64,000 nt of DNA, taken from contig NC_045696.1 of assembly GCF_009834535.1 (NCBI RefSeq), positions 45,448,001 to 45,512,000 of the forward strand. Direction: 5' to 3'. The position numbers were made by a program, and so were the translations under genes. This stretch comes from Camelus ferus. Its lineage: Eukaryota. The notes under the pieces are model-generated. The model saw only the letters and a list, made by a program, of their open reading frames with translations, searched no databases and was not told the DNA's origin. Positions within the stretch are counted from its first letter, which is position 1. Each line of letters begins with the position of its first letter. Below, piece after piece: positions 38,050-50,989 of this stretch.

Positions 38050-38359
38050 ATACCCTAATAAAGTTTGCTATAATGCAATGACATTTCTTGGTCGCTCCTA
38101 TCCAAATAGTGACCCAGAGATTCATTCTGCTTGAATCTTTACTCTGCATCAGCTTACAGGTGATGAGCTGGGGAAGAGAGAGCTTGAGGGAACACACTAA
38201 CCCTTAAATGCCTTGGCAGGAAAGTTACATACATCAATTCTGCACACAATTCTGACTACTTGCCAAAAGTAGTTAAATGGTCCCACTTATCTTCAAGGGT
38301 GGGGGCTGAAAAAAGGAAAAGATCGTGGATATCTGGCAAGGGTAAATGTGTCTGCTACA
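38050..38359 (-). mobile_element. Old MaLR LTR fragment (MLT1I/J/K-like)
   Basis: taaatgccttggcaggaaagttacatacatcaattctgcacacaatt...tctgctaca. Confidence 0.5.
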
Positions 38360-39663
38360 AGGAGCCAGCTTTAGAATAATTCAATGAGGGGTAAAAAATA
38401 TTTATAACGTAAGAGGTATAATAAGAATATTTCATATGGAAAGCCTACTTAACTTTCAAAATAGGAAAAAAGCATTTTTAATCATCAGAGAAACATGTTT
38501 TTCCATCCATAAATGTTCATACAAAGCATTTAATTCAGAAAACTGTCGTAAATCGCTAATTTTGAAAGAAAACGTGCTGAGCAAGATGCAATATGTCCCT
38601 TTTCACAGACGTTATAGACATTTAGGAGCTTTCTTATTTTTTTTCTTTTTCAGCCATGTCATCCTGTTTTATTCACTTCTTAGAGCTTTCATTTAATTTA
38701 TCACATATACAAGGAACAGCCTCGACATTCCTGTTACAAACCATATCCTTCACTTCAAATTGAAGTTCAGAGCCATTTAAGGAAAGTGTCTCATGGGAAA
38801 TTTCTCTCAATTAACTATGGCTCATTCTTTGATCTGTGCAATCCCTTTCTTATCTCTCTCTGTCAGAATATTTCTTTGTACGTATTCACATTAATTGAAT
38901 GACAACCTAACTCATCTTTTTTGAAAGATTATAAAGTTCTCAGGGCATAAGTCACGTCTAATCTCAACTATTTACTTTAGGTTCCTATTATAGTGCCAAA
39001 CATCTACGCACACTCTGCAAATGTCATGCACCTGTTTACAAGGACTTGAAATTCTATGCACAGATTCTGGAATCCCTTGCTTGACTATACTAAATTCTTT
39101 AAATAATTTCCTCCCTTTCATCAAAAAAAAGTATTATTTCCATGGATGAGAAATAAATCATTTAACAGACTCTATTTTATAACTGGTTTTTAGCTCTGTA
39201 ATAATGAAGGACAAGTTGGAAGAAATGTTGATACTCTAAGACACTAAAGTATTCACAGGCTTCCAAAATGTATTGTGAGTAATTCTAAAGAACAAAAGTA
39301 ATTGACATTCAACAGCAAATAATAAAAACAGCATTATCTTCAGAAAACAGCTAGTGCAGAATGTAGTTGAGAGTTTGGGGAAGTGTGTCACCAGGAGAAA
39401 GCCTATGTGCTTATTTTTCAGCGGTGGGAGCTTGCTGCAAATTTTACGGATCTCAGAGTGGATTCTAGACCTGTTTATATTTTGACAAGAGCCTATCAAG
39501 TTATAAAACAGAAATCCTTTGCCCCACTTTCTTGGGCCTACTGAAGTATCTCCTTGCTTTGCATACTTTTGTTTCATTTTTTCCAGAATCATATAAAAAT
39601 AATCTAAATTGCCTTTCTTCAACAAAAGCAAAGAAAATAATAGAGCAACTACACATTCTAAAT

Positions 39664-39830
39664 CAGTACTTCTTAACTTTGGCTGTACATGGGAATTAAC
39701 AAGGAGGTGTTTATAAAGGCATGCTTCCCCTGCAACCCAGAGATTTTTTAAAAAGATTTATTCTGGGTAAGAGTTGGGCATCAGTAATGTTTTTAGGCTC
39801 CTTCAGATTTTTCAAATGTGAAGCCATGTT
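39664..39830. mobile_element. MER5-like hAT MITE
   Basis: cagtacttcttaactttggctgtacatgggaatt...gggcatcagtaatgttttta-ggctcc. Confidence 0.6.
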
Positions 39831-40027
39831 CCAAGGACCTAGTAGAAGGTCCGGATCTTTTACTTTGTGATGAGCTGAAGTAAGTAAGAAAGAATCCTAC
39901 CAAATCCTACCAAGAACCAACTCCATCTATTTCACTTTGAGATTTAGTGTCTGAGAGTAGAGACAAAGTACAAGTAAGTTAAAACAACTGGAATTTCATT
40001 AAATCTACCACTCCCCAGATTTATTTA

Positions 40028-40081
40028 CTTGATTATTTGTGTGTGTGTGTGTGTGTGTTTGCATGTGTGTGTGCATGCATG
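40028..40081. repeat. (TG)n microsatellite, interrupted
   Basis: Direct reading. Confidence 0.9.
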
Positions 40082-41975
40082 TTTGAAAGGTTAGTGGATT
40101 TGACAATGACACAGGAAACAGAAATATGTAAACAAAACACTTAAAAAGTTGCTAAGATTTATACCAGAAGTACCCAAATAGAACATTTATCTGCTTGGTT
40201 TGACATGATTTACCCTGACATTGCAAACATGACTATGTAGTGATCCCCTGCAAAGAATTCATAAAAATTTCACTTGATTCTAACTTCCCCTTCTCCTCAC
40301 TATCAGAATATATATATATATTATTGCAGAAAGTCAAAAGCATTCTTTCTCTCTCTCTGAAGTTTTACATTGCATATTATCACATGGGTAACTTTCCAAG
40401 ATCTTTCAAGTTTGGGAGGTAACAGGAATTATTTCCTTAATGTAAAAGGTGAGATCATAGACAGTTAATATGAAATTTCAAAGCTTTGACTGAGTAAGAA
40501 CTGCAATTTTAGATGAAGGCCAGTAACTGAGAGTCAAATGAACTATATTATAACGTCTTGGAGAAAGTTTCTAGAGGCAGCATGTTGAGGAAAGTGAGAA
40601 ACAGGAGAAACCACCTATTTAAACCCTGAGCTCATTATGAAGTTACAGCTGATTGGGTTCTATTGTCCCGGTGGATTGAAGATTACCTAAAAGTCAGGAC
40701 AGCAGGAGAGGATGAAGCAAGAATCATCAATCAGAAAAAGAAGTCATTACAAGCAGATCTATGAGTCTATCAAGCTATGAAGGCTGAACTGAAATCAGGG
40801 AACTGAGGAATCAGAATGAGAAGTTAGCAGCACTGGAGGAGGAGAGAGGCTGGCAGTAAGAAGAAAGAAAAGGGAAGGTAGTAACAAAAAAGGGAAGTTA
40901 CAGGAAGGAGGCATGAATGAGTAAAAGGGACCCAGGGCTCTTCTGAGATGCTCTTCTTGAGGAAGCTACTGTGCTGCTGGGCAGAACGAGCAAAATAGGC
41001 AGGACTGGACAATGAGTGGACTAGAATGAGCCCTTGTATTTATTCATTTTTTCATTCCTTATTCAACAAATACTAATTGCATGCCTAGTATATACCAGTC
41101 ATTATGTTGAATTCTGGAGAAGTACAGGTGAACAAAATGGACCTTCTAAATAGCTTTCCTTCTCTATTGTCTACTATGCACTGTCACAGAGAACTGTAGA
41201 CGGAAAATGTCTCTAAGGAGGCAGCAGCAATACCTCCCTTTTTGGTGGCTTTGGGGAGGCTGAGTCTCTTGGGTATTTTTTTTTTTTTAATTTTGCGGGT
41301 CTGTTACATTTATTTATTTATTATGAGTAATAATGCATAATACGTAAATTTTTACGTTAGCTCTGAGTTTGTATTTGCACAGTACAGCCAATATTAACAT
41401 GTGACACTTTCAAATTGTATTGATTTTAAGTTGTTCTTGAATTGTACAGCTCCTAATGGTTTCCTTTTTGGTAATGGGCAGGTGAACATGACTGATAAAA
41501 AACCCACACTCCTTCTTGAATATCCTAGCAAAAATTTTGACCAAATGAGGACATTACTTTGAGATTATCTGGAAAGAAAGGGTTAAAGAGACTGTCTTTG
41601 AGGAGGATCAGCCAAGGGTATTCTTTCACCAGGCAGTGGGGGCTTCCCATTCCTCTGTGAGCGCAGGAACTGCTCTGGCACCCACTGGTGCCCAGGGAGA
41701 GCAGTAACTCAGGAAAGGTCACACTTTTGTGTCTTTCCTCCTTCCAAACACCTAACCCTGCTATAATTTGGATAACAAGTCTGAAGGAGTAGGGCAATAA
41801 AGCCTCTATGTTATGGAACTGCACTAATTGGTTATATAAAGCATCGTTAGTACTGTGCTGAAACTCCAAACCCAAGGCTTACAAGTGTAGACATATGGAG
41901 CCTACTGCGTCAGGCAAGCACAGAAGTATCAATATACCCATTTCTTCCAGGTCCTGTCCCACATGGTTCTCCAGT

Positions 41976-42234
41976 CAGGCTCACATTATGACATTTACAG
42001 CCCCTAAGTATCATGAAACTCTTACACCATTAAAAAATAATTAAAGGTTCTATTTTTGACTGAGTTGATGTAAAGACAAAGACATGAATGTTCTATGTTG
42101 TAATATTTCCTTCTTTCTAAAACTCCACTTCTTTTCTTCTGATTTTAAAGGAAAGGAAAGCATTCTTGGGCTTCTAAAAGTATTGTGAATCCTAGGCAAT
42201 CTGTCTACTTAACCTGATGGATAAGATGTTCCTG
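41976..42234 (-). mobile_element. hAT-Tip100-type MITE
   Basis: cagg...cctg termini; 8-bp TSD-like tctccagt / cctctggt (differences are transitions, consistent with CpG decay). Confidence 0.6.
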
Positions 42235-42279
42235 CCTCTGGTACCTGCTGCCTCTGGTACCTGCTGCCTCTGGTACCTG
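42232..42279. repeat. Perfect 16-bp tandem repeat x3 (CTGCCTCTGGTACCTG)
   Basis: Three identical consecutive units read directly. Confidence 0.95.
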
Positions 42280-42420
42280 CCACCTCTTCCCACTGCCATC
42301 AATTTACTTTGCTACCTGATCTCCTTTTGCTTTTTTTTTTTTTTTTTTAATGTAAACTCAAACTTAAGGTTTCTTTTTTGTAACAAAACAGGCTCTTCTC
42401 TGTTTACAAAGTTACTTCCT

Positions 42421-42541
42421 TTTTGGGGGGGAGTGGTAATTAGGTTTGTTTGTTTGTTTTTAGAGGAGGTACTGGGGATTGAACCCAGGACCTTGTGCAT
42501 GCTGAGCATGTTTTCTAGTGCTTGAACCATATCCTCCCCCC
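42421..42541 (-). mobile_element. Camelid tRNA-derived SINE (Vic-1-like)
   Basis: Minus strand GGGGGGAGGATATGGTTCAAGCACTAGAAAACATGCTCAGCATGCACAAGGTCCTGGGTTCAATCCCCAGTACCTCCTCTAAAAACAAACAAACAAACCTAATTACC; B-box GGTTCAATCC; diverged TSD tacaaagttacttc / tacaaggttatttc. Confidence 0.85.
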
Positions 42542-42869
42542 TACAAGGTTATTTCTGATTTGCAAAAATTACCCCCCATTCCATGTTTTTAGTAACCCCC
42601 ATTTTCCATCATTCAATCTTGGCTGCCACAATCACAAAGAAAAAGAACACAGAGAAACAATCTATGAGTAACATGGGGAGAAGCATAAAATAAGAGAGTG
42701 GATAGAGCTAAAGAGAAAAAAGCATGGATTTCCATCTTCCACCTATTTTCTTCCTCAGAATCATTACCTCCAACTACCTATACTCAAAACATTTTTCCAA
42801 GTATCATATTTCCACCAAATCTCTATTTTCAGTAGCCATCATTGAAAGAAATCTCTAGGAAGAGAGGTC

Positions 42870-43444
42870 TCTAGGGGACCACTCCAGTAACTGTGCTGCT
42901 AACAAACTACCCCACACTTACAAGTTCAAAGCAATCATTTTATTTCCTTCACAGCATCTGTGGCTGGAGAATCTGGCTTGTCTATCCTCTGTGTGGTCTG
43001 GGACCTCGACTGGGAAGACTTCATGGCTCCATGGAGATGAGCTGGTAGGTAGGGAGGGGCCTGAATCATTGGAGACAATTTCAGTGGTTGATGTCAGCTG
43101 TCAGCTGGGGGCTGATGACTGACATACCTACACATGGCATCTCCATGTGTCCTGAATTTACTTTCCCCACAGCATGGCAGCCTCGGGGTAGTAGGATTTC
43201 TTATATGGCAACTCAGATTTCCAATATGGAATATTAAAACAACAACAACAACAACAACAACAACAAAACAGATGGAAGCTGTGTGGCCTTTTCTTACCTA
43301 GCCGTGGAAGTTACATTAATTCTACCATACTCTGTGGGTCTAAGTAGAGACGTACCCTGCCAGATTTAAGGGGAGGGGATATAGTTCCCACCTCTCAGTG
43401 GGAAGAGGGTCAAATAATTTGTGGACATGTTTTAAACCACCACA
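42870..43444 (-). mobile_element. MaLR solo LTR (MLT1F-like) containing an (AAC)n microsatellite at ~43238-43266
   Basis: aacaaactaccccac, cctacacatggcatctccatgtg, cagatttaaggggaggggat, gtggacatgttttaaaccaccaca. Confidence 0.8.
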
Positions 43445-44888
43445 GGTTGTTAACTAATCCTTCAAGCCGTTATTTTCTATGTCAAGTGAATGTTGTTGAA
43501 ACCATTAGGTTCAAATATTACTATTCCACCTTATCTAAGGCAACAGAGCCCACCGTCATCGTCACCTTTCTTAGGTAGAATGAGAACTAATGCTCCATCA
43601 AAATGCCTCCGCATTAAGGAAACTGCACAGGCCTGGTTCTGGAAGTGGGGGCTATTACTGAGCAAATGGCTATTTGCTTAAGAACTTTATTGTTTCCTGC
43701 TATAGAAATCAGGCTATAAAAAGTCCAGTGTAATCAAATAACATTTCATTTAAAATTATGATGTCTGTGTACGTAAGTAAGAATCCAAGAGTAAAGATGC
43801 AGGCATGGCTGAGCATCTTAGGAAATGATAATGGGCTTACTTAAAACAGAAACCTTAGATGGTATTCTCAAGATTCCTTAGAATTTGTTCATCGGTGACC
43901 CTTCCACCTTTCGGTTGAACACAACTTGGTGTATACAGTTAAGAAAATGGTTCCTGAATTAACACTAACATGTCAGCTCCTCTGAGAAGACTTAACATCT
44001 CTCACTATCTACAGTACTTTGTCTTAAATATTTTCAAAGCCTTAATTATATCCTGTGTACTTGGTAGTCTTAAACTAGATAAATGAATGAGTTTACTGTT
44101 TTTAGTGATTTTATAACCATTATTCTGGTCTTCCAAGGCTTTAAATTCTACAACAATAAAGATTGTATCACATTCTTCTTAAGTATACTATTCAGCACAT
44201 GATCTTTCTTAACTGATTGAAATAAAAATATTTACTATCAACCACAAATAAAATGTGGCGCGAGGTGATATACTAACTAGAAATCCAGAGAAGTGCAGAT
44301 ATCTCATTTATGGCAAACTGGCTTGGTGGGGGCTGAGGTGGCGGCAGGGGAGAGGGCATAGGATAACCTGGAGGAAAAAGGAAATGATAGTACCTACCTC
44401 TGTTCTGTTGCAAGTAGACTTGAACCTACTTGCTAGGAACAAGTGACTAAAGAAAGAGAACCACACAGGCATCTAGGCAGGTGTTGGGGGTAGGATGAGA
44501 CTTAGGGTAGTAAAAAGAGATGTTTCTGATTCAGATTCAGAATCAGAAATAAAATTAAAGACTCCAAGTCTCAGAGGATTTCCCATTATCACTATGTAAG
44601 GAAGCTGGAAACTGTCAAAGAAAGGTGATGACCATAAGAACGTAGCAAGATTCTGAGATCTTTGCAACTTCTCTGTGCTAGTTCTTTTTCTCTTCTGTTT
44701 TTCTGCTCTGGTTTATCATAAAATTCATAAACATCACTGTGGCGTATCCAGTGTTGTGGCAACCTTGTGGGCTATTCTATTGGGTGGGCTTAGATAGAAG
44801 ACAGAAAGATCAGACACAGAAGGACTGAAAAAGTTAAGAGTTTCAGGTGACTCCTAAGAACAGAACACTAGTCTGGAGCACAACTTAC

Positions 44889-45150
44889 CTGGAGGAAAAT
44901 GTTGGAAGCGTATTAACAGGAAAACAAATAAACATGAAATCAAAAGACAAAGAGAGCACAGAGGCTCCTTGTGTCTCCTGACTGAAAGCTTTTCAGTCAT
45001 GCCTTCAGAAGCAGTCCTCTCCACCCAGCAGCTACTGCAGCAACACAGGCAGTGACTGCGACTAAGGTAACAGGAAGCCAGAGCGCAACCCGGAGCTCCC
45101 CAAAGGTTTCTGACAGTTCTCACACGCTCCTGCTCTCCTATTTAAGCATT
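44889..45150 (-). promoter_or_regulatory. Candidate TATA-like promoter and first exon of an unidentified minus-strand gene (alternatively a recursive splice site at 44889)
   Basis: Minus-strand TTAAATAG at 45145-45138; GATA (TGATAG) and E-box (CAACTG) at ~45156-45165; local CpG retention; consensus CAG|GTAAGT at 44889/44888; non-repeat sequence. Confidence 0.5.
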
Positions 45151-46429
45151 TTTACCTATCAGTTGGGCGTCGGAGCGTTTTACTGTTGCCAAGTATGACC
45201 GTCACTTTCCAGCCAGGCCTCTGAGGCCCAGGACCCTTGAGGTCTCTGTATCGGCTGTGGGTTAGCCTGGGCATCTGGATAAAACCACTTCAGTTTAATA
45301 CACCCACACTAACACAACGAGAAGTAGGGAAAATGGTTCTTTGTGAAAAAGACCCAAACATGTGGTTTATTTTAGAAACATGTCCAGATCAAGAATTGGT
45401 GGTTTGGAGACAATAGATTGGCTTCTTCCACAGGCGGGAGTCTCTTTTCAATCAGCTAAACTGCATCTCTAGCCATAAAGCCTCAACTGTGTATCACTTT
45501 AGTTACAGCTGTGTTCCATGGTTAGAAATATCAATTTTTATTCCTTTACTAGCTCAGACTTGGCCCTTCTTTCCTGCAGAATTATACAGGACCAAGAAAA
45601 GCCTGAGCACCAGAAGTGAGGCAAATGCTAGAAGTACTGAATCCTCCACCTGCTGCATCTCTACATCTCTCTCTACCTGGTGTAATGGGCTCTTTTGAAT
45701 AAAAGCCCCTTATTTCTCCTCAGCTCTCCAACTTACAATTAATTTAAGCAATCATATTTTGTCAAGGGCAGAAATACATCTATTTAATTTTAATAAATGT
45801 AAGGTTTAGCTCCTCCATGAATTTTTAAGCTTCTTTTGGTAAGGATCTTTGTTTCTTATGCATTTCTATCTGTCACAGCATCTAGCAGGACATTCACTGA
45901 GGATATGTCATTAAAGACCAGGTTTTGGAATTTGTGAAATTCCCCAGGATCAGAGGCTGTTTTCGTGAAGTGTTCTAGTTTGGGGCTGAGCTATGTCTGT
46001 TTGAAGCTGGGCATGTAAAGGACATAGATGTGGAAGCTGACAAAGGCAGGCCAACAGAGGACACAGTTAGTCTGGGGTGGCACCTAAACTAGACTCGGGA
46101 GAAGAGACAGAAGCCAGTGAACAGAGCTCTGGGTAAAGGATGGAAAATAGTCAACAGAAAGAGCCTCAAACAGGAGGGACTAGGATATTTTTCTCTTTTT
46201 GCTCATCTGCAATTTTTATTTTTTTCTATGGGAAATACGAATTTTATATATATATATATATATTTGAAATCTTGGGAAACAGTCTCTTTTTAAAGTCTAG
46301 AAAAAAACCTAAGTCTCAAATTAGAGCAATCCCAAATAATTTCAACATAAATTTAATTCACACTTAAAATATTGTATAAGTTGACAAGTGGGAACCAAAC
46401 ATTCATTTTTTATTGGATTTTTACATTTT

Positions 46430-48040
46430 TCATGTATTTATCCATTCTTTATTTTCTTTTATTTTAATGTTAGGCCTTCTTCATTCCCACATTCCTACCT
46501 TCCTCTCTACATTTTAAACAAAATTTTCACTATTGAATGTACCCTTACATATGTTTTCTCCATATTCAAATGGTAACAGGCAAGTATGTATTGTATATAC
46601 TCATGCAAACACTCACACATATGTACAAATGGAGAATTTTATTTCATTGTTTATTTTACTTGAAAAGATCGTTTAATAGCCACTTTTCTGTATCTTTCAA
46701 TTTTCACTAAACAATAAATCATAGAAATAATTCTAATCAATTGTTAGCTTTAGTTCATTTTTAATGACTCCAAAAGTGTGTTATGAATTTACCATATTTT
46801 CAGTCATTTTCCTATTGGAAAGCCATTGATTCCTATTTAGTATTTGGATACTATGAACACTGCAATAAATATCCTTCCTACTGATGCTTTATTTTACAGG
46901 CTCGACTAACAACAAGAGCGGTTTCTGTGTCAGAGGATAAATGCATTTTTTAATTTTAACAGACACTGCATTCCAAAATGTCTTTAATACTTTAGGTTTT
47001 ACACTTGTCAGTCAGGTTGTTACTCTTTCAAATTATTGTCAGTCTCATGGCTGTAATGTGATGTCTCTTCATTACTTTATTTTGCATTGAAAAAATAACA
47101 GTCAGTTTGAGCATTATTTTCATATACTTGATCTTTTGAAGATCTCTATGAATTGATTCTTATCCTTTTTTTTAAATTGAGCTACTAGTCTCATCTTGAC
47201 AAATTTTCAGTGTCCCATGTGTAATATAAAAACAACACTCTGTCACCATACTCTCATACACGTATTTTTCTTTCAAAACCTACTATACATCTTTTGATAT
47301 TTGTCTGTGTTATCTTTTGCTATAAATGCATTTGCCTTATCTCTTACGGCTTCTAGGTTTTCGGTCTTAAGAAGGTCACACTTGCTGCTAGCTATTGTAC
47401 ATGTAGTGGTCTCCTGGATGTTGGCAAAACTGTTATTTTTACTATTTACAAATAAATCTTTAATCAATCTGAAAACTATTTCTTGTACATAATGTAAGAT
47501 GCAAATGGACAGCTGATTGTGCCAGAGCTAATTGTTAATGATCCATCTTTTCCCTGTGAAATGAAATACTACCTTCATCAAATATAAAATCTTCTAACTA
47601 CAGTTGATTTCTAGATGCCCTTTTTCTTCTATAGACTTATTTATCTACGTCTTTCTTATAAAAGAATAGCTGAATGTCAGAGTTTTACAAGATTTTTTAT
47701 GTTATGCTCTCTTACTGCCCTTCGTGTGTGTGTGTGTGCGTGTGTGTGTATGCGTGGGGGGGGGAGGGAGGGAGGGAGAGAGAGCACGTGAGCTCTAAAA
47801 CCTGGTCTACTCTGGCATGTAAATTTTAGGTAACTTTTTTTAAATTTTAAAAATTCCTAGTTGGGATTCTGACTGACATTAAGTCCACATATTAGTTTGA
47901 GAGACATAAAAATTTTAAATTATTTGTATTCTCATCCAAAAACCTGATTTGTCTTTTCATTTGTTAAGAAATTGCTTTATACCCTTTCACAGTTTTTTAA
48001 AATTTTTCTTTATGTAAATCCTAAACCTTTAAAATATTTC
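46430..48040 (-). mobile_element. Old L1 (L1ME-like), with a (TG)n/GA-rich microsatellite at ~47724-47783
   Basis: Antisense L1 motifs: atgaacactgcaataaatatcct, tttgagcattattttcatata, tttaatcaatctgaaaactattt, gttgggattctgactg. Confidence 0.7.
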
Positions 48041-49039
48041 CCTAAGGACACAAAAGCACATGGGTACACTTCATAAATTACTCAATCCCAGCAAATCTTA
48101 TGGAATCCACTAAGTCAAATATGTAATTGTGTCTGTGTGTATTGTGCTGAGAAGGCATATCCATTTGCTTTATATCATGGTCTGAATGTAAATTATGGGT
48201 CTTTCCTCTCTCCTATCTACAACTACCTTAATGTATATAGTTTATTATCCCACATCTCTTCAACCTGTTCTATTCTAGAGTAAATGACCCTATATTCATC
48301 TCTAGGTACTCCCACTTGCCTTATTAGTAAATAGTCCTCTTTTCCAAAAGAGTTGCTAAAATCACCATTTCTTTTCATTCAGAACCAAGACATGAGCACC
48401 TGACTGACTCTTAGAAGTGATGCAGATTCCATGCTTCACAGAGCAGACTTCTACCTGTCTGTCTAGTCTGACTGTCATCTATCTATTCATATGTGGTTGA
48501 TTTAAAATACAAAATCTATCCCAATTTCAACTGAAATTTATACATATATTATTTTTCTGATGAATCACTCAAGAAACAAGTTTTGATCTTGTTTTGTTTT
48601 TTTTTTTTTTAACTTTAAAGGGGGGTAGGGAGAGGCCTATGAACAATATCCTAAGACCAGCTAAGGAAATACACAACACAGTAAGTGCATATCCAAGATG
48701 TAAGTCCTGCCCCAGCTAGGTGGTGACCAGAGACCTGGGGACCCATCCAGCCATATCAGTTAGAACCCTGCTTTATATTAGCAGCTGTTTTAACTCACAA
48801 GCCAAAGGCATCTGATTCCATAACAACAGAACAGGTGCTGGATTGTACCCAAGGACTTGTGACTTGTCTAATAAAAATTAAGACAAAACATAGACTGTAC
48901 AATTTAAAGCCCAAGTAGGGCAAAACTGATTTAGAGAAGATGGATTTAGGAGGAATTATTCACAGCTGATTTCTCTTATCCTGATCTACAAAAGTTTGCG
49001 GCCCCCATTGTTAGTCAACTTACTAAGAATGGACAAATC

Positions 49040-49430
49040 TGAGGGTCTGGACTTGAATCACTTACCCTGATATTAATGAACTGTGAAAAGTTGGACAAAT
49101 TAAATTTCCAATGCCACATCTAAGAAATAGAGACTATAATCCTATATACTTTATATCAGTGGTTCTTAACTGGGTCAATTTTGGTTGTTACAACTGGGAG
49201 CGTGCTACTGGCATCTAGAGGCTAGGGATCCTGCAAGACATCGTACAAAGCACAGGACAGTCCCCACAGCAAAGAATTATCCAGCCTGAAGTGTCAACAG
49301 TGCTGATGTTGAGATACTGCTTTATAGGGATTTTGTGAAGATTAAATGGAATACAGCTTATGAGGTGCATTAAACAGGCCTGGCCTATGGTAAGCAGGTA
49401 CATGGTTGCTGTTCTCATTATTATTGTTAT
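49040..49430 (+). mobile_element. MIR interrupted by MER20 (49157-49319)
   Basis: MER20: cagtggttcttaactggg...gctactggcatctag...aaagaattatccagcc...gttgagatactg with 8-bp TSD ctttatat/ctttatag; MIR core resumes ataggga-ttttgtgaagattaaatg. Confidence 0.85.
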
Positions 49431-50156
49431 TAATTATCTGAACTCAGTCATTTTTCCCATTCAACTTTTTTTGGGGGGGGGATACTTTGTGGTTGCTTGT
49501 GAGGAGGGATAAAGTTGTAAAGTGCAAGATGGTGAGTGCTAAATTCCGCACATAAGTAAAATGCCACAGGAATAGTGACATATTAAGGACAATTTGCTAA
49601 TTAGCATTGTACAGTATCTCCAACCATTTAAATCCAAACGTTTACTTTCTTCTAGGGATGTTTTCCTTGTTCACAGAACTCCCTTCAGAATTAGCAACTC
49701 CGGACAAGTCCTTAAAGTGAACTCCATCAAGTACTAAAACAAACAAACAAAACCCAACCATCCCTGTATGAAGTTTCTGCCTTACTTTGATCAGACACAC
49801 TGTATAATACTGCATCTTATATAAAATGCCCTCTTAAAGATAATAAAAGGAAGAAATGTACACAGTCACTGAATTAATAATTATATGACCTGAATGACAC
49901 AAGGATACAAATGGTGTACATATTACACCCCCCGAGTCTGGTGAGCCACTACATGGATGTCTTCAATTCTGATTTGGGTAACTCAAGGTCTATATGGTTT
50001 GTATCAGGATTTTTTGATTAATGAATAAAACCTGAAGTGCTTAACAATGGGAAAAGGGGATTTTAGACAAAGATTAATATCAGATCAGCTAAGCTTTCCT
50101 GAGTTTGCACGTCAGCAATTCAAGAGCACTGACTCCACTGATTTTAGGACAGAGTC

Positions 50157-50325
50157 AGTGTAGTGTGGTGCCAATGCCAGCTACAGCATCATCACCAGAA
50201 CACTTGTTAGAAATGTAGCCTCAGGCCCAGCTAGGTTTCCTGGACCAGGAACCCCGGGGATGAGTCCAGCAATGAGTGTCTGGTCATAGTCCTCAGGTGA
50301 TTCCGATGCACACTAAAGTTCTGAG
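50157..50325. mobile_element. MER5A-like hAT MITE
   Basis: cagcatcatcaccagaacacttgttagaaatg...caggtgattccgatgcacactaaagtt. Confidence 0.7.
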
Positions 50326-50989
50326 GTTGTACTACAGGAAAAAAACAAGCAAAACCAAACAAACAAAGAAGCTGCTTTGTAGGGACTCCTCAAAGTGAGT
50401 ATTTTTATATGAATTTGTTTTCTATTCCTCAAAGAGGATGCAACCTAGATCCACTTTTGCTGAGGGGTCTTCATTCTCACTGAAATACAAGGGATTAATT
50501 TACCTAGATTCCTAACCTCAGACAGACACACAGCCCAACTGACAGTAGCAGAGAAGCTGGTTACTACCCCACAAGACTTCCTCTCACCACAGCACAAGAA
50601 GCACCACCTGATGTATGGAAAAAAGGGAAGAACTCTGGGTTTGAACAAAGTCCCTATCACTTACAGTTAAGTGAACCTTGAGCAAATTATATTACCCATG
50701 TTATCCTCAATTTTCTAATCTATTATAAGAAAGTTAATTCATAGGATTTTAATAAGGTATAAAATTAGGTGTCTGGTTCATGCATATATTTTTAAGAGAT
50801 AAATAAAACTCCCAAGAAGAATGGATGTTTATGGCCAGCTAAAATATCTTCTCTTTCTATGGATGTTATATCCTCTAGGAAAGCCACGTTATCAGAAGGT
50901 GGCTTAGTGAACGCAGGCTCAGAGGAGGGGAGTTATTTATGTAAGTCTTTCATGGGTCAGGCTAAGACTGCCTAACACAGCCACCTCTG

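Noticed and set aside
42232..42279. CRISPR-like array
   Set aside because: Head-to-tail tandem repeat without spacers, in eukaryotic DNA
42460..42541. tRNA gene
   Set aside because: The tRNA-like head has a degraded A-box, an A-rich SINE tail and a TSD, so it is a SINE
44889..45150. Assigning a gene symbol to the candidate first exon
   Set aside because: No coding exon is present in the window and I do not reliably recognise the UTR; it needs an ortholog search
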